From positions 1 through 46,325 of the forward strand of contig NZ_JBMDXJ010000333.1 in assembly GCF_048594945.1 (NCBI RefSeq): a DNA stretch of 46,325 nt. Reading direction: 5' to 3'. This DNA comes from Pseudactinotalea sp. (GTDB lineage: Bacteria > Actinomycetota > Actinomycetes > Actinomycetales > Beutenbergiaceae). Each line of letters begins with the position of its first letter. The first letter of the stretch is position 1. This document shows, piece by piece, positions 10,777-19,042 of this stretch. The notes beneath the pieces are model-generated. The model did not search any database. It was not told the origin of the DNA and saw nothing but the letters and a program-made list of their open reading frames with translations. The translations under genes were made by a program, and so were the position numbers.

Positions 10777-12838
10777 GGGTCAGCTTTCGACGGCGGAGCA
10801 GGGGTTCGATGTCGGCGTCACGCCCGCGCAGGTCCCTGTAGGACTCGAGCGGGTCGCGTGAGTGACCGCGAGAGAGCAGCGCGGCCCGGAACCGCTCGCC
10901 GGCCTCCCGGTTGAGTCCGCCGTCGCCGTTCTGGGCGACCTCGCCGAACCACTCGACCGTGTCGGCGTCGAGGACCTCGCTCCAGATATAGGAGTAGTAG
11001 CCCGCGTCGTAGCCACCGCCGAAGGCGTGGTTGAAGTACGCCGTGCGATAGCGCGGCGGCACCTCGGCGAGGTCGACCCCCGCGCCTGCCAAGGCGCGTT
11101 CCTCGAAGGCGAGGACGTCCTCCACTTCGGTCGGGACGCCGTCGGGAGTGAGGGTGTGCCACGCCTGGTCGAGCAACGCCGCGGCGAGGAACTCGGTGGT
11201 CCGGAACCCTTCGCCGTCGGACTGCGACGCGAGCAGGGCGTCGAGCAGCTCGGTCGGCAGCGGCTCGCCGGTGCGGTGGTGGCGGGCATAGCTCGCAAGG
11301 ATCTCCGGGTGGGTGGCCCACATCTCGTTGACCTGCGAGGGGTACTCCACGAAGTCGCGCGGCACGGCGGTACCTGAGAGCGACGGGTACGTCACGTTCG
11401 AGAGCAGCCCGTGCAGCGCGTGTCCGAACTCGTGGAAGGCGGTGTTGACCTCGTCCCAGGTGAGCAGCGTCGGCTCGCCCGCGGCCGGCTGGGTGATGTT
11501 GAGGTTGTTGACCACGACCGGCAACTCACCCGTGAGGTGCGACTGCTCGGACAGCGAGTGCATCCAGGCGCCGCCACGCTTGCCTTCGCGCGCGTAGTAA
11601 TCGGCCACGAACAGGCCGCCGTCGCTGCCGTCGGGGCGGGTCACCGCGAACACACGCACACCGTCGACGTAGCCCGGCAGGTCGGGCCGTTCGGTGAAGG
11701 TGAGCCCGTACAGCCGCTCGGCTGCGAGGAACACACCGCGCTGCAGCACGTTCTCGAGCTCAAGGTACGGACGCAGGGCCGCCTGATCCACCTGGTACTT
11801 CTCGGACCGGACCCGGTCGGCGTAGTAGCCCCAGTCCCAGGCGCGGAGCATCTCGCCGGGGTGGTCGGCGGCGAGCGCCTGCTGCAGCTCCCCGGCCTCC
11901 TCGCGGGCGTTGCGGACCGCCGGTGCCGCAAGCTGGCCGAGCATCGCACTGACAGCGTCCGTGGACTTCGCAGTACCGCCCGCTGCCACGTAGGCGGCGT
12001 GATGGGGGTAGCCCAGCAGCTGTGCCCGCTCCGCACGCAGCCGTGCCAGCCGCAACACCAGCTCGCGCGTGTCGGTGGCCTCGTCGCCACCCCAGCCACG
12101 TGCCACCGAGGCCGTGTGCACCTGCTCGCGCAGCGTCCGATTCGGGCTCTGGGTGACCAACGGCTGCGCGGTGGGGAGGATGAAGGTGACCAGTGCGCCG
12201 TCGAGATCGCGATCGACGGCGGAGCGACGCAACCCCGAGACCGTCTCCTCCCCGAGTCCCTCGAGCAGGCTGTCGTCGGTCACCGCGACCGCGGCAGCTG
12301 CCATTCCCGCGGCCGCACGCTGGGAGAACTCGGTCTCCGTGGCGCTGATCCGGGAGTTGAGGTCCTTGAGGCGGGTGGCGGCATCGTCGTCGAGGGTGAT
12401 CCCGGCGCGCTCGAAGTCCTGCAGGTAGCGGTGCAGCAGCCAGGCCGTCTCCTCGTCGAGATCGTCGGGCAGGCTCTCGCGCAGCGCGACCAGGCGCGCG
12501 TAGATCCGCTTGTCGAGGTAGAGCGTGTCGCGGTGCTCGGTCATCTTGGGGGCGAGCTCGGTCTCGAGCGCCCGGATCTCGTTGTCAGATGCCGAGTTGG
12601 CCAGCGTGTAGAGGGGCCAGTACGCGTGGCGCAGCGGTCCCCGGGCACGTTCGAGCCGTTCCAGGGTCGAGGCGAGGGTGCGTGCCTCGCTGTCCGTGGC
12701 GATCTCCTCCCAGAGGGCCTGCTGATCGGCCATCGCGGCCAGCACGGCCTCCCGCATCTGCGGCAGCGAGAGGGACGGAAAATCGGGGAGGCCGGCCTCG
12801 AGGCGCGGCAGGACTGGGGTCTCTGACGGGGTGTTCAT
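10769..12838 (-). CDS. M3 family metallopeptidase (peptidyl-dipeptidase Dcp-like)
   Basis: KRGGAWM, FHEFGHALHG zinc motif, DFVEYPSQVNE, YDAGYYSYIW; start set at ATG 12838. Confidence 0.93.
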   Translation of the reverse strand: MNTPSETPVLPRLEAGLPDFPSLSLPQMREAVLAAMADQQALWEEIATDSEARTLASTLERLERARGPLRHAYWPLYTLANSASDNEIRALETELAPKMTEHRDTLYLDKRIYARLVALRESLPDDLDEETAWLLHRYLQDFERAGITLDDDAATRLKDLNSRISATETEFSQRAAAGMAAAAVAVTDDSLLEGLGEETVSGLRRSAVDRDLDGALVTFILPTAQPLVTQSPNRTLREQVHTASVARGWGGDEATDTRELVLRLARLRAERAQLLGYPHHAAYVAAGGTAKSTDAVSAMLGQLAAPAVRNAREEAGELQQALAADHPGEMLRAWDWGYYADRVRSEKYQVDQAALRPYLELENVLQRGVFLAAERLYGLTFTERPDLPGYVDGVRVFAVTRPDGSDGGLFVADYYAREGKRGGAWMHSLSEQSHLTGELPVVVNNLNITQPAAGEPTLLTWDEVNTAFHEFGHALHGLLSNVTYPSLSGTAVPRDFVEYPSQVNEMWATHPEILASYARHHRTGEPLPTELLDALLASQSDGEGFRTTEFLAAALLDQAWHTLTPDGVPTEVEDVLAFEERALAGAGVDLAEVPPRYRTAYFNHAFGGGYDAGYYSYIWSEVLDADTVEWFGEVAQNGDGGLNREAGERFRAALLSRGHSRDPLESYRDLRGRDADIEPLLRRRKLTHD

Positions 12839-12911
12839 CGCCAGCCATTCTGTCCGATGAATCGTGTGCAGGGGCGTGCGTCGGCGGGCACGGACGATGT
12901 AGCATGAGAGC

Positions 12912-13046
12912 CGGCCGAGACTTTTTCCCGTCCCCCTCGGGAACTCGAGCACTCGGCCCAGCAGCGATGAGTCGTCGGCCCCCCTCCGAACGACCGTCGC
13001 GCGGTCAGCCCCGGTGCTTCCCCCAAGTGCCGGGGCTGACTACTTT
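12912..13046 (+). ncRNA. Candidate sRNA with three C-rich-loop hairpins (6C-like)
   Basis: -10 TAGCAT at 12900-12905; hairpins at 12913-12958, 12964-13000 and 13004-13040 with loops UCCCCCU, CCCCCCU and CCCCC; TACTTT follows the last stem. Confidence 0.6.
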
Positions 13047-13070
13047 CCGGGCGGTTTCTCAGATTGATCC

Positions 13071-13086
13071 TGTGATCGTGTTCACA
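13071..13086. promoter_or_regulatory. CRP/GlxR-type binding site upstream of the S8 protease
   Basis: TGTGA-tcgtgt-TCACA, exact CRP consensus; -10-like TACATT at 13105-13110. Confidence 0.7.
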
Positions 13087-13165
13087 AACCTGTCACATCT
13101 CCCCTACATTCTTGGGGGTGCCTGCCGACGACGCAGGTGCCGTCAGAGAAAGAGGAGACCCCTTG

Positions 13166-16048
13166 ATGAGTCGAGTCGCTCGAGAACGACGTCGCCATCC
13201 GGCGCGACGAGCCAGTGTCACCGTAGGCAGCGCAGCCGCGCTGCTGGCCGCCACGCTGGTGCCGATCACCGGTGCGTCTGCGGACAACGCGGACACCACC
13301 GATCTGGGAGATGCCGCTGATCACGGCATCAGCGGTGTCACCGACACCTTCATGCCCGCTGCCACCTCGCCTACCGGCGCCTGGTTCGTGCAGCTGGAGG
13401 GCGACCCGACCACGCAGGGCGGCTCCAGCGTCGCCATCGCCAGCAGCCAGGACGAGTTCACGGAGACTGCTGAGGAGCTCGACGTCGACGTCGATGTCCG
13501 GCAGACCTTCAGCACGCTCTGGAACGGCGTCGCGATCGATGCGAGCGACGAGGATGCCGCGGTGCTGAGCACGGCGGAGAACGTGGTCGCCATCTACCCG
13601 GTGCTCGAGGTGCAGGCGCCCACGAGCCCGCCGCCCTCGGTCCCCGACATGGTCAACGCGCTCGGCATGACCGGCGCCGACATCGCGCAGTCCGAGCTCG
13701 GCCTGACCGGTGAGGGAATCCGCGTGGGCGTCATCGACACCGGTGTCGACTACGACCACCCTGACCTGGGTGGCTCGGGTGTGGACGACCCGGCCAACTT
13801 CCCGAACGACCGTGTGGTGGCCGGCTATGACTTCGTGGGCGACGACTACAACGCCGATGACAGCGCAGCCGACTGGCAGCCGATCCCCCACCCCGATGCC
13901 GACCCGGACGACTGCCAGGGTCACGGCACGCACGTGGCAGGCATCGTCGGTGCGAGTGGTGATCCGGCCGAGGGCGGTGTGCGCGGCGTCGCACCCGACG
14001 CGCAGATCGGCGCCTACCGCGTGTTCGGCTGCACCGGTTCCACCACGGCAGACATCATGCTCGCGGCGATGGAGCAGGCGCTGGCCGATGGCATGGACGT
14101 GGTCAACCAGTCGATCGGCTCGGCGTTCTCGTCCTGGCCGCAGTACCCGACGGCGGTCGGTAGCGACAACCTCGTCGACGCCGGTGTGGTCATGGTCGCC
14201 TCGATCGGCAACGAGGGCGACCTCGGCCTGTACGCGTCCGGCGCCCCGGGCGTGGGCGAGAAGGTCATCGGTGTGGCGTCCTACGACAACACGATGATGA
14301 CCGGTGCCGCGATCTCGGTGGACGACCAGTTGATGGTCTACATGGCGGCGACTGCCTCCCCCGAGCCGCCCACCTCGGGCAGCCTGCCGGTGAGCGTGGC
14401 CGGTGAGCCGGGGACCGACGCTGGTCGCTCCTGCGACGGCATCGAGGCCGACCTGGCCGGGACCGTGGCGCTGATCCAGCGTGGCGCGTGCCCGGAGGGT
14501 GTGTTCGGCAGCAGCTTCTACGAGAAGGCCCTGAACGCGCAGGAGGCCGGCGCCGCGGCGGCGATCATCTACAACAACGTCCCCGGCCTGCTCAACCCGA
14601 CGGTCGAGGGCGAGATCGAGATCACGATCCCCGTGATCTTCATCGACCTCGAGGATGGTCTCGCGATCTACGAGAGCGCGATCGACGACGACGGTGCCGA
14701 GATGGTCTGGACCGCCGAGACCGCGCAGGCACCCAACCCGACCGGTGGCCTGGTGAGCGCCTTCAGCTCGTTCGGGCTGGCCGCCGACCTGTCGCTGAAG
14801 CCGGACCTTGGCGCTCCGGGTGGCTCGATCTGGTCGACGCTGCCGATGGAGCAGGGCTCGTACGGTTCCAACTCGGGTACCTCGATGGCGTCCCCGCACG
14901 TCGCGGGTGCTGCCGCCCTGTACCTGCAGGAGCACGGTGACGCTGAGCCGGCCGATGTGAGGGATGCGCTGCTCAACAGCGCTGACCCCTCGCTGTGGTC
15001 GCTCAACGACACGATCGGCCTGCTGGAGCCGGTGAACCACCAGGGTGCGGGTCTGCTCGACATCGACGACGCGATCCTGGCCAGCACCGTGGTTTCGCCG
15101 AGCAAGCTGTCGCTCGGTGAGAGCGAAGGCGGTCCGGTGACGAACACGATCGAGGTCACCAACAACGGCACCGCTCCGGTCACGTACGAGATCACGTACG
15201 AGGACGCGATCACCACAGGGCAGAACCCTGCCGACGGCGACTCCGCCGATGTACCGGGCTTCTACTACGACGACTCGATCGTGGAGGCGCCGGAGTCAAT
15301 CACGGTGAACCCGGGTCACACGGAGTCGTTCGAGGTGTCGATCAGCCCGAGCGAGGCGTTCGACCTGGCTCAGTACGGCGGGTACCTATACCTGATCAAC
15401 GGTGACGAGCAGATCTCGATCCCGTACGCGGGCTTCGCGGGCGACTACCAGTCGCTGCCGGTGCTCACGCCGGGTGACTACGGGTTCCCGGTGCTCGCGG
15501 CACTGGACACCGACGCGTGCGAGCGGCTCGTCGGGGTCGACTGCACCGTGGGCGGGTCGTGGGACCTCGTGGAGGCCGGTCAGGTCTACTCGATGGCCGA
15601 CGGCGACGTGCCGACGATCCTGGCTCACCTGGACGCCCCGGCGTCCAACCTGACGATCGACGTGTACCAGGCGAACGAGGACGGGACGCGCGGTGACAAG
15701 GTGCACCCGCGGTTCTACAACTACCTGGACACCGATTTCGTCGGTCGGACCGGCGGTGGCCCGAACGTGTTCGTGCCCTACACCTGGGACGGCACGGTGA
15801 ACCACCGCGAGAACGATCGCGCGGTGCCGGACGGAGACTACGTCCTGGTGCTGTCGGTGGTGAATGCTCTGGGCAACCCGGAGGTCACCGACCACACCGA
15901 GTCGTACGAGACGCCGGCGTTCACGATCGACCGTGACGGTGACGGCAACCCGCCGCCACCGCCCGCCGAGACGCCGCTCGAGAAGCTGATCAAGCTGCTC
16001 GGCAAGATCCTGGCGAAGATCGTCTGCAAGATCCTCGGGGTCTGCTGA
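13166..16048 (+). CDS. Secreted S8 (subtilisin, Vpr-like) serine protease with PA domain and C-terminal beta-sandwich domains
   Basis: RBS AGAGGAG; signal peptide; triad motifs VIDTGVD, GHGTHVAG, GTSMASPHVAG; PA insert (ALIQRGAC...KALNAQEAGA); QGAGLLD. Confidence 0.94.
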   Translation: MSRVARERRRHPARRASVTVGSAAALLAATLVPITGASADNADTTDLGDAADHGISGVTDTFMPAATSPTGAWFVQLEGDPTTQGGSSVAIASSQDEFTETAEELDVDVDVRQTFSTLWNGVAIDASDEDAAVLSTAENVVAIYPVLEVQAPTSPPPSVPDMVNALGMTGADIAQSELGLTGEGIRVGVIDTGVDYDHPDLGGSGVDDPANFPNDRVVAGYDFVGDDYNADDSAADWQPIPHPDADPDDCQGHGTHVAGIVGASGDPAEGGVRGVAPDAQIGAYRVFGCTGSTTADIMLAAMEQALADGMDVVNQSIGSAFSSWPQYPTAVGSDNLVDAGVVMVASIGNEGDLGLYASGAPGVGEKVIGVASYDNTMMTGAAISVDDQLMVYMAATASPEPPTSGSLPVSVAGEPGTDAGRSCDGIEADLAGTVALIQRGACPEGVFGSSFYEKALNAQEAGAAAAIIYNNVPGLLNPTVEGEIEITIPVIFIDLEDGLAIYESAIDDDGAEMVWTAETAQAPNPTGGLVSAFSSFGLAADLSLKPDLGAPGGSIWSTLPMEQGSYGSNSGTSMASPHVAGAAALYLQEHGDAEPADVRDALLNSADPSLWSLNDTIGLLEPVNHQGAGLLDIDDAILASTVVSPSKLSLGESEGGPVTNTIEVTNNGTAPVTYEITYEDAITTGQNPADGDSADVPGFYYDDSIVEAPESITVNPGHTESFEVSISPSEAFDLAQYGGYLYLINGDEQISIPYAGFAGDYQSLPVLTPGDYGFPVLAALDTDACERLVGVDCTVGGSWDLVEAGQVYSMADGDVPTILAHLDAPASNLTIDVYQANEDGTRGDKVHPRFYNYLDTDFVGRTGGGPNVFVPYTWDGTVNHRENDRAVPDGDYVLVLSVVNALGNPEVTDHTESYETPAFTIDRDGDGNPPPPPAETPLEKLIKLLGKILAKIVCKILGVC

Positions 16049-16059
16049 CACACCCCTGA

Positions 16060-16095
16060 ACGAGGCCCGCCCGGTCCCCACCGGGCGGGCCTCGT
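16060..16095 (+). terminator. Hairpin after the S8 protease gene
   Basis: Perfect 16-bp stem ACGAGGCCCGCCCGGT / ACCGGGCGGGCCTCGT with CCCC loop; no U-tract. Confidence 0.75.
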
Positions 16096-16121
16096 CACAT
16101 GCGGAGGAACCCGCTCCGGCG

Positions 16122-16130
16122 TGGTATCTT
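16122..16130 (+). promoter_or_regulatory. Extended -10 promoter for tRNA-Leu
   Basis: TGgTATCTT about 45 nt upstream of the tRNA; the leader 16138-16169 can fold into a hairpin. Confidence 0.5.
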
Positions 16131-16174
16131 TTTCGCCGTTGTCCTGCGGCTCGTAGAGCGGCAGACAACCACTC

Positions 16175-16260
16175 GTCCGGGTGGCGGAATTGGCAGACGC
16201 GCTAGCTTGAGGTGCTAGTGCCCTTTATCGGGCGTGGGGGTTCAAGTCCCCCCTCGGACA
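16175..16260 (+). tRNA. tRNA-Leu, anticodon GAG; CCA not encoded
   Basis: Acceptor GTCCGGG/CTCGGAC, D arm GGCGGAATTGGCAGACGC, anticodon arm CTAGC-TTGAGGT-GCTAG, long variable arm, GGTTCAAGTCC T arm. Confidence 0.97.
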
Positions 16261-16422
16261 CAGACAGAAGTGGCGGAGTCCCAGGGGGCCCCGAGAGCGC
16301 CGGGCCGTCGCATCCAGGTACCTCGGTGAGCCCACGGCACCCTCAACCTCGTCGAGGTCGCCGCCCTCCTCGGCACCGACCGGCGCACCGCCTCACGTGG
16401 CGCCGAAGCAGGCGAGATCCCA

Positions 16423-16782
16423 CACCGCAAGATTCACGGGGCACGGAAGCTGTGGAAGGCCACCAGCCGTTCGAGATGGCTCGTTGGTCGCGTCGCACGA
16501 AACTCAAGGGACTGCGGTGTCGCAACCGATGCCGGCTCGCAGTTCACGAGTCTGCGCTAAGGCGAGCGGCTGGCCGAGATCGGCGCCGTCCGGTCGATCG
16601 GAAGTCGGTGACAGCCACGACAACGCCCTGGCCAAGACCGTGACAGCGACCACAGAGACTGAGCTCACCCGCGGACCCGCGCGGTGAGGGTCGTGGCGCA
16701 CCGTCGACGACGTCGAACTCGCGACTCTCGGCTGGGCGTATTGGCATCACCACCACGCTTCGAACTCACCGCCTGTCGAACC
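16423..16782 (+). pseudogene. Degenerate IS3-family transposase (orfB) remnant
   Basis: Fragments across frames: HGARKLWKA / EMARWSRRTKLKGLRC / DAGSQFTSLR*GERLAEIGAVRSIG / VGDSHDNALAKTV...ELTRGPAR*GSWRTVDDVELATLGW; stops at 16558 and 16685, frameshifts and an internal deletion. Confidence 0.88.
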
Positions 16783-16837
16783 TCCGTAGCGCCTACCGAT
16801 GCGGCGAACGCGGCATCTGCCCAAAACTGGATGCTAG

Positions 16838-18700
16838 ATGAGCGAACACAGAACACGCGCCCGAGCGACCACTGCGAAAGACCACCCGCCCACACGCGCT
16901 CCGCAACAACGCCCTGTCAGCGGCCCCCAGTCAATCGTTTCCCTCCCCGGTCTCGCCGTCGGAGCAGATGACGCACCGGCTGAACGCCGGGCCGACGCCA
17001 TGGCTGACATGGCGATATCCCGATCCCGCTCATGGGACAGCACCCCCGGCAACCGGGTTACCCCGCGCCAACCATCTGCGCTCTCCACCCTGCGGCGCGC
17101 ACCCGGCCCAGGCAACGCCGTCGACGCTGCAGGTGGGACGCTATCCGCCGAGACGAGCAAGACGATTACGGACCGCCTCGGTACCGGGTCGAGGCTCCCG
17201 ATCTCGGTCATGCGCCGCATGGAAGCGGGCTTCGGCACCTCCCTCAACCATGTACGCATACACACAGACGAAGCAGCATCCCGGCACAACGAGCACGTAT
17301 CAGCCAGCGCCTTCACCCTCGGCAACGACATCTTCTTCGGTGCCGGTCAGTACCAACCGGACGACCCAGTCGGAGAGCACATGCTCGCCCATGAGATCGC
17401 ACACGTCCTCAGCGAAGGGCAGCCCACGATACGGCGGGTAAGGGTCGGGCTGTCAAACTTCGCCTCGAAACACCAGGAGCAGAACCAAGACCACCTGCGC
17501 GGTAAGGGAGTGCCGATCTCGGCCGACGCGGCTGCCGCGGCGATCTGGCTCGACCACAATCACGACGAGGATACCGCCCGACTGCTTTCGACGGACGATT
17601 TCGAGGCTGTTCGTCTACAAGCAGCATCATTCCCGACAGTCCCGGTCCAAGACCTGGTCATCGCTGTTCAGAGGCTCATCAGCAGCCCTCCAAGCCTCCT
17701 GACGGACCCATCGAAAGACCCTACGCAGGACAATGACATCACCTGGTCGCCCGTCAACGATAACGGTGACGGAACCGGTGTCCTCGCCCACTACCTTCCA
17801 GGCCGGAAACACGCAGATGGATCGGATGCCGGAGGCTGGCAGCAGTCAGCGATCGTTCTCGCTAGGCGCTCTGACAGCACAGGAACTTTCTACGTCCGCG
17901 GCCATCTCCTCAACCGTCACCTTGGGGGACCTGGCCTGAACTACAACCTCGTGCCGCTCACCGGCAGGGCCGGCCACGGAGGGAATAATGCCAACAAAGC
18001 ACATTCGGCAATGTTCGAAGAAGTGATCAAAGAGAAGTACGAGAAGTTGGGAGCCACCCAGGAGGACAGGGTGACTCAGCTGTCGTACCAGGTCAACGCG
18101 CACTGGTCGCAGAGCCAGCGGCCGGCGACCCCAACGTTGACGAACATCACTGAACAGCTCACCGAAGGGCTTCGGCAGTGGAGGGACTGGGCAACCAAAC
18201 CCAAGACGGGGCCGGGAGGAGCGCCCCTCGACACTTTCCTCAGCGACGACATGCAAGTGACAAAGGCGCTCCTCGAGCAGGGGCACCCACAAGCGGTGGT
18301 CAACAACTACATGGACGCCGCGCAAAGGCGGGAGACGTGGGCCGCGAGCGAGTCGGTCGAACATCTCACCCTGCTATCGAAGCGCCTCGACTCATTTCCG
18401 GACGGTCAGGAACTGCTGGCTGCTATTGCGGCAGAGCCGCTGCTGGAAAAGTTGGCCTCCACGGTGACGGCAGACCTCGGCTCCGTGTCCGCTGCCAGTT
18501 GGTACGACCTCAAAGACAGGGTTGAAGGCAATTTGAATCTCTGGCTCACAGAAGAAGAAGTCGTTCCGAGCGCCCTAGAGGTACTCGCTAAGTTCGTGCA
18601 GTATGGACAAGTCCAGACTCTCGGCCCCGAACGGGTGGCTGTGATTAAGCCAGACGAGCTCTTCAGCCCCTATTGGCATGTGCGCGCGTCGTCATTCTGA
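16838..18700 (+). CDS. DUF4157 (eCIS core domain) protein with a putative DNA/RNA non-specific endonuclease domain
   Basis: AVGADDAPAERRAD pre-motif; RRMEAGFGTSLNHVRIHTD...AFTLGNDIFF...MLAHEIAHV (HExxH); YVRGHLLNRHLGGPG..NLVPLTG...AN; visibly more A/T-ending codons than flanking genes. Confidence 0.85.
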   Translation: MSEHRTRARATTAKDHPPTRAPQQRPVSGPQSIVSLPGLAVGADDAPAERRADAMADMAISRSRSWDSTPGNRVTPRQPSALSTLRRAPGPGNAVDAAGGTLSAETSKTITDRLGTGSRLPISVMRRMEAGFGTSLNHVRIHTDEAASRHNEHVSASAFTLGNDIFFGAGQYQPDDPVGEHMLAHEIAHVLSEGQPTIRRVRVGLSNFASKHQEQNQDHLRGKGVPISADAAAAAIWLDHNHDEDTARLLSTDDFEAVRLQAASFPTVPVQDLVIAVQRLISSPPSLLTDPSKDPTQDNDITWSPVNDNGDGTGVLAHYLPGRKHADGSDAGGWQQSAIVLARRSDSTGTFYVRGHLLNRHLGGPGLNYNLVPLTGRAGHGGNNANKAHSAMFEEVIKEKYEKLGATQEDRVTQLSYQVNAHWSQSQRPATPTLTNITEQLTEGLRQWRDWATKPKTGPGGAPLDTFLSDDMQVTKALLEQGHPQAVVNNYMDAAQRRETWAASESVEHLTLLSKRLDSFPDGQELLAAIAAEPLLEKLASTVTADLGSVSAASWYDLKDRVEGNLNLWLTEEEVVPSALEVLAKFVQYGQVQTLGPERVAVIKPDELFSPYWHVRASSF

Positions 18701-18836
18701 CGACTTCGGCCTCGACGATTCAGCACCCAGGCCTACGAGTGTCGAGACCAATGACGGCGATCGCAGAGTCGCCGGCTCGAAGCGACAGCCCACAGAAGGG
18801 TCTCCCTCGACCGCACTTGCAGGCGCCACCGGAGGG

Positions 18837-18917
18837 TGTGACCTGGGACGCGTGACCCGAGGTCACGCCGACGGCACCTCTCCCGAACCGGGACATCGGC
18901 GATCGACGGTGTCCCGA
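18837..18917. repeat. Two adjacent hairpins between the DUF4157 gene and the baeRF11-like gene
   Basis: GTGACCT...AGGTCAC and CGGGACATCG...CGGTGTCCCG inverted repeats. Confidence 0.45.
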
Positions 18918-19042
18918 CGTCGTTCCACGTGGTTCATCTGCCGCGCCGCCTCAACCGCGAGATCTCGCTTGCCCGCTCGGCTGATTCTCACTGCGAGCTT
19001 GAGTAGCGTGGAGGGCTCGCCGGCTACCAGATCGAAGGCACC

